The notes: a model not told the origin generated them from the sequence alone. 63,299 bases of DNA, filler included, from Rhabdomonas costata (GCA_019059605.1; 51 parts of 51 records of this genome joined end to end with filler, not necessarily neighbours in it), one strand, 5' to 3'. Counted from the first letter of the whole stretch, positions 11,812 through 23,624 are shown. Program-made: numbers and translations.

Positions 11812-11930
11812 GTGGCATGCAAACCCTGCGGCCCCACTGCTTCGGCCAAGTCCTTCAACGAGGCGTTCGTTCTCGAGCACGGCTTGCGCGCCGTGCATCC
11901 GTTTCTGGACATTGACGGAATTCTTGACAA
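11812..11930 (+). CDS. Probable internal exon, unknown protein
   Basis: cag acceptor and gtgtgc donor; GC3-rich frame AKSFNEAFVLEHGLRAVHPFLDIDGILD. Confidence 0.45.
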
Positions 11931-12726
11931 GTGTGCTGCGAGCTGTGGTCTGTAATAATGACAGAGCGCGGGTCGCCATTCTGCTGTCGCCAGGATGTGC
12001 ACCCATGGAATGGTTGTGGGTGCGGCTTAGGGGCACTTCACCCCCCCCCCCTATGTCTCGAGACACAGCCCCTTTGTATTGCGGTGGTTCCAGCCTTTCA
12101 CTTTCCCTCCAGCAAAGGCCTCAAACCGCAAAAAGAAATCAAAGAATCAAAAGAAAAATCAAAAGAAACATCGCAATAAGAACAAACCTGCAGATGAAGC
12201 GAAGTAAGCACATCCACGGGCGGTTTCTGTTTCTTGGTCCACACGCAAAAAGTAATCAAATTGCCCATATACATGGCAGGTCAACCCCAACCGCTTCCAG
12301 CCCTTCCAGCCCTTCCACCAAACACACCCACANNNNNNNNNNNNNNNNNNNNNNNNNNNNNNNNNNNNNNNNNNNNTTAATTAATTAANNNNNNNNNNNN
12401 NNNNNNNNNNNNNNNNNNNNNNNNNNNNNNNNGTTGTTTGTGCTCGGAAGTAAAAGAGGGACCTTCTTTTCTCCCTTTTGACCCGTGGGCACAAAGCAGA
12501 AATCCAGCTTGCCGGTGCCAACTTCTCACCTAATAGGTTCCAAGTATTTGACCAAAGCTGCTTTTTGTGTCGTTTTCCTCAATGCTGTTTGTTGTGGCGT
12601 CAGCCTTCGTGCTTCTTTTTTGCCTGTTCTCTCTGTGTTAAAAAACACATTGAAAGGGAAGTCCCTTTGGAGAGAGCTGGCGAAGAAATGCAGCGGGGCG
12701 ATTGCGATCGCCACCTGGAGGGAAAG

Positions 12727-13398
12727 ATGTCGTACACCAAGGTGTCATTTCCACCCCGCTTCTTTTCCGACTTTCCCAAGTTCGAACTGCTACTTTTCGA
12801 TTCTTTTTGCCGCGCAGGATTTTCTTTTGAGCTTCAGACATCGCAAGTACAAACCCCCAGAGAGCGTGGTCAGATTCATGGGTACGTTGATGCCATAAAA
12901 AAGAGAGTGGTCAAGCTGTCTCAGAACAGCATGGTCTTTTTCTTTCATTGCGCAGAACTGTACATTTATGCGCCGAAGCCAGAGGTTAATCGTCCTCGAG
13001 TGGATCGACTCAGCCGAGCTGATTTTGCGCAGCATTTTGTCTCTGACTCTGAGCGCCAAGAGCTGAAGCTCAAAAGAAAGGAAGAGATGGAGCGAGTGCG
13101 ACGGAAGGTGTGCCTGTCTTTTCTCTTGACCAACGGCTTCGGGACTGGCGGGCATTCCTTTTCGATGTATCTCTCTGATTAGCAACCCGGCTCTGCCGCT
13201 GCTGGCGCTCCTGGCTTAAAGATTGCACCATCGAACAAAACGCCGGAAGACGGGTGCGCACCTTTGGGCACCTTCTTGATTTGCGGGCTGTCAAGGGCCT
13301 CCCTTGAACATTGCTTTGTTGGGTCGGGCTGTAGAGCTGCTGATCCCGAACGTGCAGCTGAAAAGCCGAAAATTGAGGAACTCTTGTCTGCTGCTCAG
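12727..13398 (+). CDS. Putative eIF4E-interacting protein (exons 12727-12741, 12818-12881, 12956-13107, 13183-13253, 13335-13398)
   Basis: Four GT-AG introns splice into one open frame, MSYTKDFLLSFRHRKYKPPESVVRFMELYIYAPKPEV...; YTKDFLL fits YxxxxL-hydrophobic. The true start may lie upstream. Confidence 0.6.
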
Positions 13399-13676
13399 GT
13401 CTCATTCTTTCTTCAACTGCGCCAAAAACCTTTGTGTCAGTGAGTTTTGCCGCTCGTTTTGCATAACGTCATTATCGTACTTACAAAGAAGCCAGGAGAC
13501 CGCTGGGCTGGAAAAAAATAGCCCAGTGTGCTCCTGTTAAGTTCCGCCTCCTGCCTGTTTCTGGACACAACACACANNNNNNNNNNNNNNNNNNNNNNNN
13601 NNNNNNNNNNNNNNNNNNNNTTAATTAATTAANNNNNNNNNNNNNNNNNNNNNNNNNNNNNNNNNNNNNNNNNNNN

Positions 13677-14820
13677 AATTTCCCAAAACCATTTCCGAGA
13701 CCCAGCATAGGGAACTCAGTGCGGTTCGGCTTGAATTGGAGGGAAGGCAGGGGAAGCGAAAGCACAGAAAATGGGAGAAACATAGGAGATGCAAAGATGG
13801 ACATGCGCACCACATGGGTTGATAGAGGAAAAAGCAGGGGGAGAAATCCTACGATCTTTCTGGCCCATAGATGCGTGGTGCAAAACAAAAAGGAAAGGGA
13901 GAGGGACTCGCAGAAGTGGACGACCGAAGCACAAGTACGCCCCACTTCCGCGACCGAGACCGTGGACAAGATGGCTTGGCGCTCACGAACACCGGGGTGA
14001 GCGTGTATCACGGAAAGAACCCTTCGTATGGCGAGCTGAAAAAGGAACGCAGCTCTTAGACGAGGCCACTCTGGCCATGGAACATCAGGTGAAAAAATGA
14101 GAAGGAGAGTGAGAGAAATAGAAGAAAAAGGAGAGTAAGTGGAGGTAGGAATAGGTCAGGCAGGAACATTCGTTGGGTTGGAGTTGGCAGAGGCAGGAGC
14201 CCACAGAGAAGGAGACAGGGGTGGAGCCACCCAACGCACGGCGCCGTCATGAAGACACACGGAGTACACCAATGCCCAGGGCCGATGCCTGACTTATAAA
14301 TCATCATAACGGCACGATCTCACACCATGCCAAATGCAGCGTTTTGGCCGAATGCAATCAGACTGATCAGAGGGACTGCTCTGAAGGCAGGGATAGCCGT
14401 TCAGGCGCAGATGTACATAGCAATGAACAGTGAACACTTCCAGGTACCTATTTCTCTCGTACACATTCAAATTACAGTTTTTAACGTCATACCTACTCCT
14501 GCGACTCTGCAACACTTCTTGAATTTTCTTGTCAATTCTATAACCTCCTGCGAGACAATCTAAAGGGCGCAGGAATCCCTTTTCATATGTGCGTAATTCC
14601 CTCAATTCCCGTCATCCTCTCCGCTACCGCATGCGGGGGACAACACTCGCCAACATATCCCCTGGTATCGTATTACTATCAACAATCGGAAACAATTTCC
14701 CAAAACCATTTCCGAGACCCAGCATAGGGAACTCAGTGCGGTTCGGCTTGAATTGGAGGGAAGGCAGGGGAAGCAAAAGCACAGAAAATGGGAGAAACAT
14801 AGGAGATGCAAAGATGGACA
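13677..14820. repeat. 1017-bp circular or collapsed tandem unit with 127-bp terminal direct repeat
   Basis: 13677-13803 equals 14694-14820 with one G/A mismatch; no primer-like tails on this contig. Confidence 0.85.
14241..14315 (-). ncRNA. Candidate structured ncRNA (box C/D-like or long hairpin)
   Basis: ATGATGA at 14307-14301, ATGA at 14250-14247; 12-bp terminal stem with two G.U pairs on the minus strand. Confidence 0.3.
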
Positions 14821-16472
14821 NNNNNNNNNNNNNNNNNNNNNNNNNNNNNNNNNNNNNNNNNNNNTTAATTAATTAANNNNNNNNNNNNNNNNNNNNNNNN
14901 NNNNNNNNNNNNNNNNNNNNCGGAGGTGTGGAGGCGGACCGGGGGGGCGTCTAGATAACGAGGGGGTCGATTGCCGCATATGTATCCACAAGAGTGAGCT
15001 TGGCGCCCAGTCGCTGTGCTGGCGGAGCGAACTTCAACCCAGCGGGCAATTTAGAGGGTGAACCAGCGAAGAATGCGAATCCGAATTCCTGTGCTCAACA
15101 TTTGTGTTCAACATTTCCATTTTTCATAAACTACCTGTCGGCCAGATTCCAACAGAAGCTGAATTAGAATAGCCTCAACTCCGTTGCATTACCAGACTGA
15201 GTCCACTAAGTTCTGGAGGAAGTCCTCCTAAGGACGACACATTCGGTCACCACCTGCGACAAAGGAAGCGTATCGCACGAGAGATTAGGGCAGTACAAAG
15301 GTTGGGGGCAGCGTGAGAGAGAGGCTTCACACCACCCCAATTCCAACCACAGTGTCGTCTCGCGCAGCAGCATCCGCGGCCAGCACGCCGCACCTCTCCT
15401 GCGCCACCTGCCCATCTGTCAGCAGCAGGACGACCTGAGGGGAAATTTAACACGCGCATAACCGCAGTCACGCGTGAAATGTGATCGGCATCAATACTTC
15501 CCAAACAATCAAAACCACACAAAGCAAAAACGCCAGCATTGGTGGCGACCAACGCAAAACAAGGGCACACCACTACTATGCTAAGCACTATAGTACGGCA
15601 TGCAGCGCAATGGAGGAAGTATTTCCCAGATCGAACAACGAGTGAAAGACATGTTCACATAATCACTTTCATTTAGCTTTGCATAGATTTTCTCACCATA
15701 TGCCTCACGCCTCAGGTTTGTGCACGGGTTCAACCTTTCCGCCTCTTCTTCGCATATATGTTCCGGCAATAGTTTGCCATCATGCTGTCACTGCGTATCG
15801 CGGGCATTGAACCAACTCAACTGACGCTACATTCCTAGTGTCCAGCCGGTGGTCGGAGGTGAAGGCGACGCCCACCCACAGAATGTAACCAAAGCAGCAC
15901 CAATCGAAAACAGCAGGAATGCAAAGAGCCCCACGTGGGGAGAGGGCTTCGGTTGGGGGAGTGGGCGACTAAAATCCAAAAAGTGTGTGCTCACTGGAAT
16001 AAAAAGGTACAATGTCAAGAATATTGCAGTTGGAGACCGGTTCACGGTAGTTTTTAGGGGTTTGNNNNNNNNNNNNNNNNNNNNNNNNNNNNNNNNNNNN
16101 NNNNNNNNTTAATTAATTAANNNNNNNNNNNNNNNNNNNNNNNNNNNNNNNNNNNNNNNNNNNNGTGTGTGGTTGGTTTAATTCATTTAATTGGTTTTTT
16201 TTATTAAGTTTTGTGACTGCCGAAAACGTTGGAAAGGGGTCCCTCTCTGGGTCTTTTATGAGCTCTCTCAATTTTTTTTTACACATGTCCCCTAGAATTG
16301 CAGTCGAAGCTTTGAAGGGAGATAGTTTGCACTTGTCCCCTGGGATTCCATGAGAAAATGTGGCAGATTAGTGGTCTCTGCTCTCAATTGGCCGCCCGGT
16401 GTTGTGGAAGAACACTGCCGGGCCCTTGTTGGGGTGGGGGGGCTCAATTTGTCCTGCACTTCGCGCCCATAG

Positions 16473-17308
16473 CAACGCACGGAGCATCTCCACGCGCTGG
16501 TTCGGCGGTACACCTCCCCGGACGAGCACGCGTTCTTCCCGGGCCTCCTGCCGCTGCCCTTCCTGCCAATGATCAACTACCCCCACGTCCTCTACCCTAA
16601 CAGCGTGAACCTCAACGACGTGATCTACACCCGATACCTCACCGACATTCTCCCGGTGATTACCGTTGACGGCGTGGATGCCACGGTGTGGCTTTGACCT
16701 TTTCCACCCACTGGAGCTTTCTTTCCTTGGGGGTCGAAGGTCTTCATTCTCATCCTAAGTTCAATCGACGGTGGTGTCTGTGTGTGGGGGTGCCAGTTAC
16801 CAGTGGTACGCTTTCCACAACAGAATTCATCGTCGTTTGCGTTTGCTGGAGATCTTCCGTGTCATATGAAAAATTCACAGTCGAAAAAGGGGCACACACT
16901 ACCTCAGGCATTGCTCGAAATCTGAAGCTAAGAAGGGGTGGTACCTAGAGATGTTTTTACTTTTTTTTCGGCCAGCCCTTTGTGTGCCCACCCACTCATT
17001 GCTTTGACGTAACGCGGACGTTTTTACAAAGAAAGCGGAGTATGAAGATATATGGATTTACCAACGACTCCCATATTGGAATGGCCATTGCCCCATTTTA
17101 CTTCGAGTGATTGTGGTGTTGTGGCCACCCGTCTCTTTCTCTGACCCCAGATGTTCGGCTCAGCCACGACCTGCGACATCGCCTGCCTGCAGGCCCTCTC
17201 CAAGAGGATCCACTACGGGAAGTTCGTGGCGGAGGCCAAATTCCAGGCCGAGACGGAGCGCTACACCGCGCTGATCCGGGACAACGACGTCGACGGGATC
17301 ATGGCCGC
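16473..17308 (+). CDS. ARO7: Chorismate mutase, eukaryotic AroQ class (exons 16473-16685, 17151-17308)
   Basis: HALVRRYTSPDEHAFFP and CDIACLQALSKRIHYGKFVAEAKF motifs; in-frame GT-AG intron. Confidence 0.95.
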
Positions 17309-17410
17309 NNNNNNNNNNNNNNNNNNNNNNNNNNNNNNNNNNNNNNNNNNNNTTAATTAATTAANNNNNNNNNNNNNNNNNNNNNNNNNNNNNNNNNNNN
17401 NNNNNNNNGT

Positions 17411-17525
17411 GTGGGGTTGAACAATTGAACCCTAGCGTCGAGAAACCTACCGAAAATAAAAAAGCACTTCAGAATAAGTGAAGCAGTGAAAAATAAGTAA
17501 TCCAAGTTCAATTGTTCAACCCCAC
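17411..17525. repeat. Perfect 20-bp inverted repeat at contig start
   Basis: GTGGGGTTGAACAATTGAAC (17411-17430) / GTTCAATTGTTCAACCCCAC (17506-17525). Confidence 0.85.
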
Positions 17526-17577
17526 GTTTCGAAGAGGCTAACTGACAACAACGAAGACAACCCCCATGGCAAATTCA

Positions 17578-18196
17578 CCCATATCGGATGAGCAGGAACA
17601 GTACAGAATGTCCAGGTCCAAGCGCTTTTGCAGAACACAGCGTGGCAGGGGTGGGGTGAGAAAACACACCACAACAACGAAGGGGCTACCCAGCTCCCTA
17701 CCAGCTCCCTTTCCATAGCAAAAGCCGCCCCCGCCTTCGAGCAGAAGCGCATTAAGGCATTGCCGCACACAGAAAAGCGCATTGAAGGTGACGCACAGTC
17801 TGGATGTCATGGGCACATACCGTCTCTGGTCGGGAGACGTTCCTCTGAAGTTCCGAGTTTCTGACCTTCTCCTGCTGCAACCTCTGATCCTGCTCCTAAG
17901 AGTAGAACAAATGGACACACACAGCAGTTGTGCCGAAGGAAGGCATGACACACACAGATACATAGACTAAGCGTTTGCATCTTTAATGCCACTGATTAAT
18001 TACGGAAACGTTCCGAACTCAACGAAAAAGCAAATGGCACTCTCACTTCTTGTCAAGATTTCTTCTTTCTTCGATATCAAGCAGAAACTGAGTTGGCGGG
18101 TGAGGAGGCGAGCTGCCTGGAGCTGGGTGCACTTCCAGTGGATCAAACCGGTCAACCGCTTGAAGACTTCTTGCATCCCCTGGAGCTCCTTCTCGA
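17578..18196 (-). CDS. Coiled-coil protein, three short exons, unknown function
   Basis: EKELQGMQEVFKRL...KCTQLQ | EQDQRLQQEKVRNSELQ...ET | RLDLDILYCS; the first join needs a GC donor at 18116-18115. Confidence 0.5.
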
Positions 18197-18939
18197 CTTG
18201 GACATCCCAAGCAAGGCCGGAGGACGAAGAGGAGGGGGAGGCCATTTCCTGCATACTCCTACACCACGACCACAACTGCGATAAGCTTCACTCAGCCCAC
18301 CGTATGGTAGCACCGCATCATTGTGATAAACAAGACACTCACATAGGAAGGCAGAAATTTTGAAAGTGGGGTAACTAGCTGTTTCACGTTGTGGTGCCAC
18401 TTACAAAGAGCTTTCGGGAGGATTATATATAGCAAGACCGCAGGCCTGCTGCGACTTTGACCTCTATCGGTGTTATCACGTGGATATGAAAAATAATCGT
18501 TACAGTTCATTAGGTGTCCAGTGAGTCAAAGGGAAGTTTGGAATTCGGGCACNNNNNNNNNNNNNNNNNNNNNNNNNNNNNNNNNNNNNNNNNNNNTTAA
18601 TTAATTAANNNNNNNNNNNNNNNNNNNNNNNNNNNNNNNNNNNNNNNNNNNNTGTGTGTTGGACAAACGAATGCAGCCCACTTTCCCCATTTCCAGTTCA
18701 GTACAGGGATACACATATTCAATAGAGTTTTCGTCTTCTGCTTCTGTATATTTGGATGTATATCGAAAGGTTTTTGCCGTGAATTCTGTACGAACATCGC
18801 TTCCGTCGACCAGTAACCTTTGTGCATCACCAAAAGCGGGTTTTCGAGTGCCGGCTCTGCCAGATGTGTGCGGGTCAGCTGCTGACTGGCATGGTGGATA
18901 TTCCCTTGGACTTTTCCTATGGAGTGCTTCTCTGCGCAG

Positions 18940-19795
18940 GGCCTGCACCTCAACCACAAGGACCACGAGGCTCTGCAGCGCTGGAAAGTCGCGCGTGGCG
19001 CGGATGATAGTCACTCCAACTTCAAGGTCTAAGCCTCTGTCTGTCTCTTTATGTGGAATAGGGGTTTCCATTTTTCTTGTTCTTCGGCTCACCCAACGCC
19101 TGATCTGTCACCCGGCACCCCCCCCCCTTCCCCGCGGCAACCGCTTGCCTTCTGACCCACCTTACCTTAATCCTTTGTTAGAAGTCGCCCATCTTGCCGA
19201 GAAACCCCTCCGTTTGAAACCTCGAACATGTCGTCATCGTCTTCCAAGGCCTGGGTGTTTGTCATTGATGAGCACCACCACTATGTCTGGAGTTCAGTGT
19301 GTTTTCACTCTTACGCCACCCTCGAGTTGTGTTGGCGCAACGATTCCCCCTCCATTTTGTCTGCCCAATCGCTGTTGCCATGACCCATGATGTTGGCATT
19401 GAACGGAGCTGTCCTCTTTGGGTTCTCAGCATGCATCTTTTATCCGAGCGACGAGCTGCTGCGCTCCAAGTGTGTGCCTCGAGCGGATGCACCGCTGACA
19501 CATTGAGAAGTTTCAGTCCACAGCCGCAACAAATCCGTCCGTAAGCCCCCCTGGAGGCAGAAAAGACCTCCACAAATGCGCATTGCACGATGTTCACGGA
19601 GTTGTGTGTGGCCCCGGGGGCAGACTCTGACGATCACGGCCGGGGAGATGATCAACCTAGTCACCCTGACGGAGAAGGCCGGGGTGAAGCTCTACCCGAC
19701 CTCCGCGGCAGCGATCTCCAACCGCGGCGCCCTGCTGGACCGCATGCTTTGCGGGGCGGTGGATCCCTGGGTGATGCAGGCCGGCCACCACCCCC
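18940..19795 (+). CDS. Unknown protein, two exons (18940-19026, 19624-contig end)
   Basis: AG/GT-bounded, GC3-rich frames that join in phase 0. Confidence 0.5.
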
Positions 19796-19972
19796 NNNNN
19801 NNNNNNNNNNNNNNNNNNNNNNNNNNNNNNNNNNNNNNNTTAATTAATTAANNNNNNNNNNNNNNNNNNNNNNNNNNNNNNNNNNNNNNNNNNNNGTTTG
19901 TGACTCTGGCATGACTCAAACAATTAGAAGCTGGAGAATACAACAATACAAGGAAGGTAGGGTGGGTGGTAC

Positions 19973-20742
19973 CTCAAGAGCGGCGGCGATTCTCTCTGGC
20001 GGGGGGTCCGTGACGTTAATCTTGGCCCGGCCCCCGCCAGCGGAGGTGATGCTGCGGCCCACGTGGGCGGAGGTGATGTTGGGAAACATCGGCTGCAGAG
20101 AAGAAAATTGCCAGAGTCAGGCCAGAGTCACACAACCACTTCAAGGACATTAATGGAGCAACGAATCGCCCCGATACTTCTCGAGTGCAGCTTCGCGCGA
20201 GTACGCCCTGCTTATTTTACAAAGATTGGTAGGAGACAGAAAGCAAAGTATGCAAAAAAAAAAGGCGAGCCTGCGAACCCCAATACTTTCTATGTGTCCA
20301 TCAATTCAATCGATCTTTCAAGCGGACCCATCCATGTGATTATTTTCCAGGTTTGGACTCAAAAATATTCAGAATGGCCCATAACCTTTCATTTGTTCTG
20401 CATTGAGCTGCCCTACTCGTGTTGAAGAGCAATCAGTCAGAGCTTCGGTGAAGGCAAGCACACCACCACAAGAAAAAGAAGAACCACAAAAAAGCTTCAG
20501 GGTAAAGCCGAAAAAGATGATCGAACTATTCGCAAGAAAAAAGCTACAGAGCACAGAGGGAAAGAAGGTCGGGAGCGCGTGCGGCAGGGATACCGTCGTG
20601 CTCCCCGGGGCGTAGAACTGCTTGGCCATCTGCAGGGAGCGCAGGGTGGTGGCCGCGGTCAGCGCGGCCGGCTCGTCGCCCTCGTGGATCGCGTACACCA
20701 GCCCGGCATGCACCAGACTGACCTTGTGGGGGTTGCCTTGCC
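19973..20742 (-). CDS. Unknown protein, two exons (20742-20594, 20092-19973)
   Basis: cag/gta boundaries; phase-0 join ...MAKQFYAPGSTT|PMFPNITSAHVG... Confidence 0.55.
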
Positions 20743-22144
20743 CTGCGCGCACATCACAGGAACGAATCACATCTCTACCCCTAAACCAATGCTGCATCAC
20801 TCGTTCAACAGTTTAGCCAACAATCATCCGTATTTCTGGTTCGCCTCACACAAAACCCTTAAACCAAAATCAATCATCATAGGCGCGTCGCTAACCCCCA
20901 TACACCAACGATTAATCACCTCAAGACTACTCTCCACCCGTTCCCGCCTTCCTCTCTTAGGATTCCATCACTCCTCTCGTGCCATCAACTGGATCAGGGG
21001 ATGTGTGTCTTCCCTCTTCCAAGCTAAAAGACACAAANNNNNNNNNNNNNNNNNNNNNNNNNNNNNNNNNNNNNNNNNNNNTTAATTAATTAANNNNNNN
21101 NNNNNNNNNNNNNNNNNNNNNNNNNNNNNNNNNNNNNGTGGTGGGTGTGGTTGGGGTGGGTGTTAAGTTGTATGAACATTTGAAACGCATTGGCGTGTTA
21201 TTTATCGGAAGGGAACACGTGAATAAGATGTCAGGTAGCTGTCGGGCGTCCTCATGGTTTGCCTTGCCATACTACAAAGCAGCAAAGAAAGGGAGTGAAC
21301 TCCCGATTACCGTTTTTGTGCTTCGAACGAGACTCGCGCACGGCGAGCCCGACGTTGAGGACTACTGAAGTCAAGCGCCTCCCAGGCCCTCGGCATTGTT
21401 TCAGTTTCAGGGCTGCTCGAAAACCATTGCTGCGCTTCGCTCATTGGTACCCTGGGGATGTTTTCTGGTACTGAGCAGGTCCCCCAGGCTCATTGTTCTT
21501 GTCTTCCCAAAAACAAAACGGGAACAACAAAAGGCGGACTCATCAGGTGCACAGCTGCAGAAAATGATTACACTCAGAAATTGGAGTTTTTCGACTTTTG
21601 AGAGTGACCAACAGCTTTTTTTCCACGAGTCCAATGGGACGTGGTGGGCAATGCTGATGGTTCCGAGATAACCGCCCCCCTCCCCCCAGGTTTTAAGACG
21701 TTTTCCTGCTCGCTTAAAAGCGGTGTGTAGGGCCCCCACGCGCAGCGCCTCAGATCGGGCGGGTGTCCCAATGCATGTGCGCATCGCGTCCCTAGGTGGG
21801 TCCCAGTGGGTGTTTGCATTCGTGAGACTCCAGATTTTAATGAAAGGGTTTGAGGCGAAGGGGGGGGGGGCAACCCCCCCCCTCTGGCCCTGCTAAGCCC
21901 CCCGTGGTTTATATGGGTCAATTGTGCCACCCAGCAACTTCTTTCGCCTCTCAGTTGCTTTCATTGGAAGTGTGCTTCTCAATTGGTCAAGTGCTCAAAG
22001 CGTAGCTGGCGGACGCTCTGAAGCTGGCGGACCTCGAGAAATGTTCCGTTTGCTGCGGGGTCATCTCCATCTTGCCTAACTCAAATACAAAAGATGGTCT
22101 GCTTACCTTCAACTTATTTGCACCTATCTTGTGTTTTCAGCTTG

Positions 22145-22280
22145 TGTGGGGTTGAGCGCAATTTCCTTTGCTGGGACACCTTTCCATTCTTCCGAAGGCA
22201 CGGTTTCTGTTCCCGAAACGAAACGAAGTGAGGAAGAATGGAAAGGTGTCCCAGCAAAGGAAATTGCGCTCACCCCCACA
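22145..22280. repeat. 49-bp inverted repeat ending at the contig end (possible fold-back artefact)
   Basis: 22145-22193 versus 22232-22280, one mismatch in the outer G/T-rich part. Confidence 0.9.
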
Positions 22281-22414
22281 NNNNNNNNNNNNNNNNNNNN
22301 NNNNNNNNNNNNNNNNNNNNNNNNTTAATTAATTAANNNNNNNNNNNNNNNNNNNNNNNNNNNNNNNNNNNNNNNNNNNNGGAGGCGAGGGAGGGGGGGG
22401 GGCAATGACCTCAC

Positions 22415-23108
22415 ACTGCTTCTTTTGGCTCATTCCTGTGACCCGCGTGACATCCACCTGACCCCCCTCGTCGGCCAAGACGTCGAACAGGCTCTCCTTC
22501 ATCAACGCAATGGCGTCCTGGCCGAAAAGAAGAAAAGAGACCAAGTAAAGCCGAGAAAAAATTGATTCCGACACGGCAAGGCCCTGCAGTGGCACGGGTG
22601 CTAGAGGTACCACGGTAGCCTCGACAGCGTGGGATCCGCACATAAGCACTCAAGTGCTTTCCGCTCTAGTAACCCCGTTAAGGTAGCCGAGCCCTCCTCT
22701 GAGGGCGGTTGGGGTTCCAAACTGTCCTGCGAGAGAACTAATTGACGTTAAGACATTGAACCAGCACCCTGCTGAGAAGATCTTGGCGTTCCAGACACAA
22801 AAGAGGAATCACCAAGAGAAGGGGGTCAAATACATACTCCAACTTGAAAGTTCAAATTCCAATCAGAACCAAGCCACTGAAAAAGTGTTGGCTTTTCACC
22901 CACAAAAAACAGCTTCCTGCACCGCCAGGTTCCTGACAAATAAATTTCCGATAGCAGAGGGGCAGTGAAAAGGGCACCTCCGCGTCACTCTGCAGCACGG
23001 TGTCACGCAGGGCAAGCCGAGCCCGTGCCCGCGCCAGCCGGAGCAAGCTCTGCAGCTGGCGGGTCGTCACAGGAACGCAACCGGTGTGCTGGTACGCCCG
23101 GCGAAGTC
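22415..23108 (-). CDS. MCM8: MCM8 helicase C-terminal region (exons 23108-22978, 22517-~22415)
   Basis: PVTTRQLQSLLRLARARARLALR...DAE|DAIALMKESLFDVLADEGGQVD...GMS; the tail fits MCM8 better than MCM2-7. Confidence 0.8.
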
Positions 23109-23624
23109 CTGAGCATGCGGAGAGGGGTGCTCCCTTTCGAAGCCACAGGATCCAACCGCACCAGACAACCAACATAATCATCCAACCCCCTGTTCACACC
23201 TTTGTATGAAAGGCATTCTTCCCCTTGCAGGGAACGAATGTCCAAAGGCTGCGGACGTTGTCAAATGAGCACAAATCTCGGCAGCACTGCGACCTCGCCA
23301 AACAGAAGCAGAAACCCGGACGGTCGATGAAGCGGAAGTGTGAAGTGAGTGAAGAGACTTCTTTGTTTGGCATTTGCCCGGGTCGAGGCAGGTCGACCAA
23401 ACGTTTAGCTCCGCGGCAATTCTTAATCCCTTACTCTCGCTGAATTATATCTATCTTGGAAGAAAACAGTGCGGACGCATAACCCATTGTTAGAGGAAGT
23501 TTACCTGATCCCGTACCCAAAAAANNNNNNNNNNNNNNNNNNNNNNNNNNNNNNNNNNNNNNNNNNNNTTAATTAATTAANNNNNNNNNNNNNNNNNNNN
23601 NNNNNNNNNNNNNNNNNNNNNNNN

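Noticed and set aside
14340-14452. U1 snRNA variant (minus strand ATAGGTACCTGG...GATCAG...ATTGCATTC)
   Set aside because: The 5' end differs from ATACTTACCTG at key positions, loop spacing is wrong and there is no clear Sm site.
13677-14820. SL RNA/5S rRNA repeat or hammerhead retrozyme
   Set aside because: No euglenozoan SL exon end, no recognisable 5S sequence and no CTGANGA...GAAA core found on either strand.
21850-21905. MITE end (G-run CAA C-run hairpin)
   Set aside because: Low complexity, with no partner TIR or target-site duplication in the contig.
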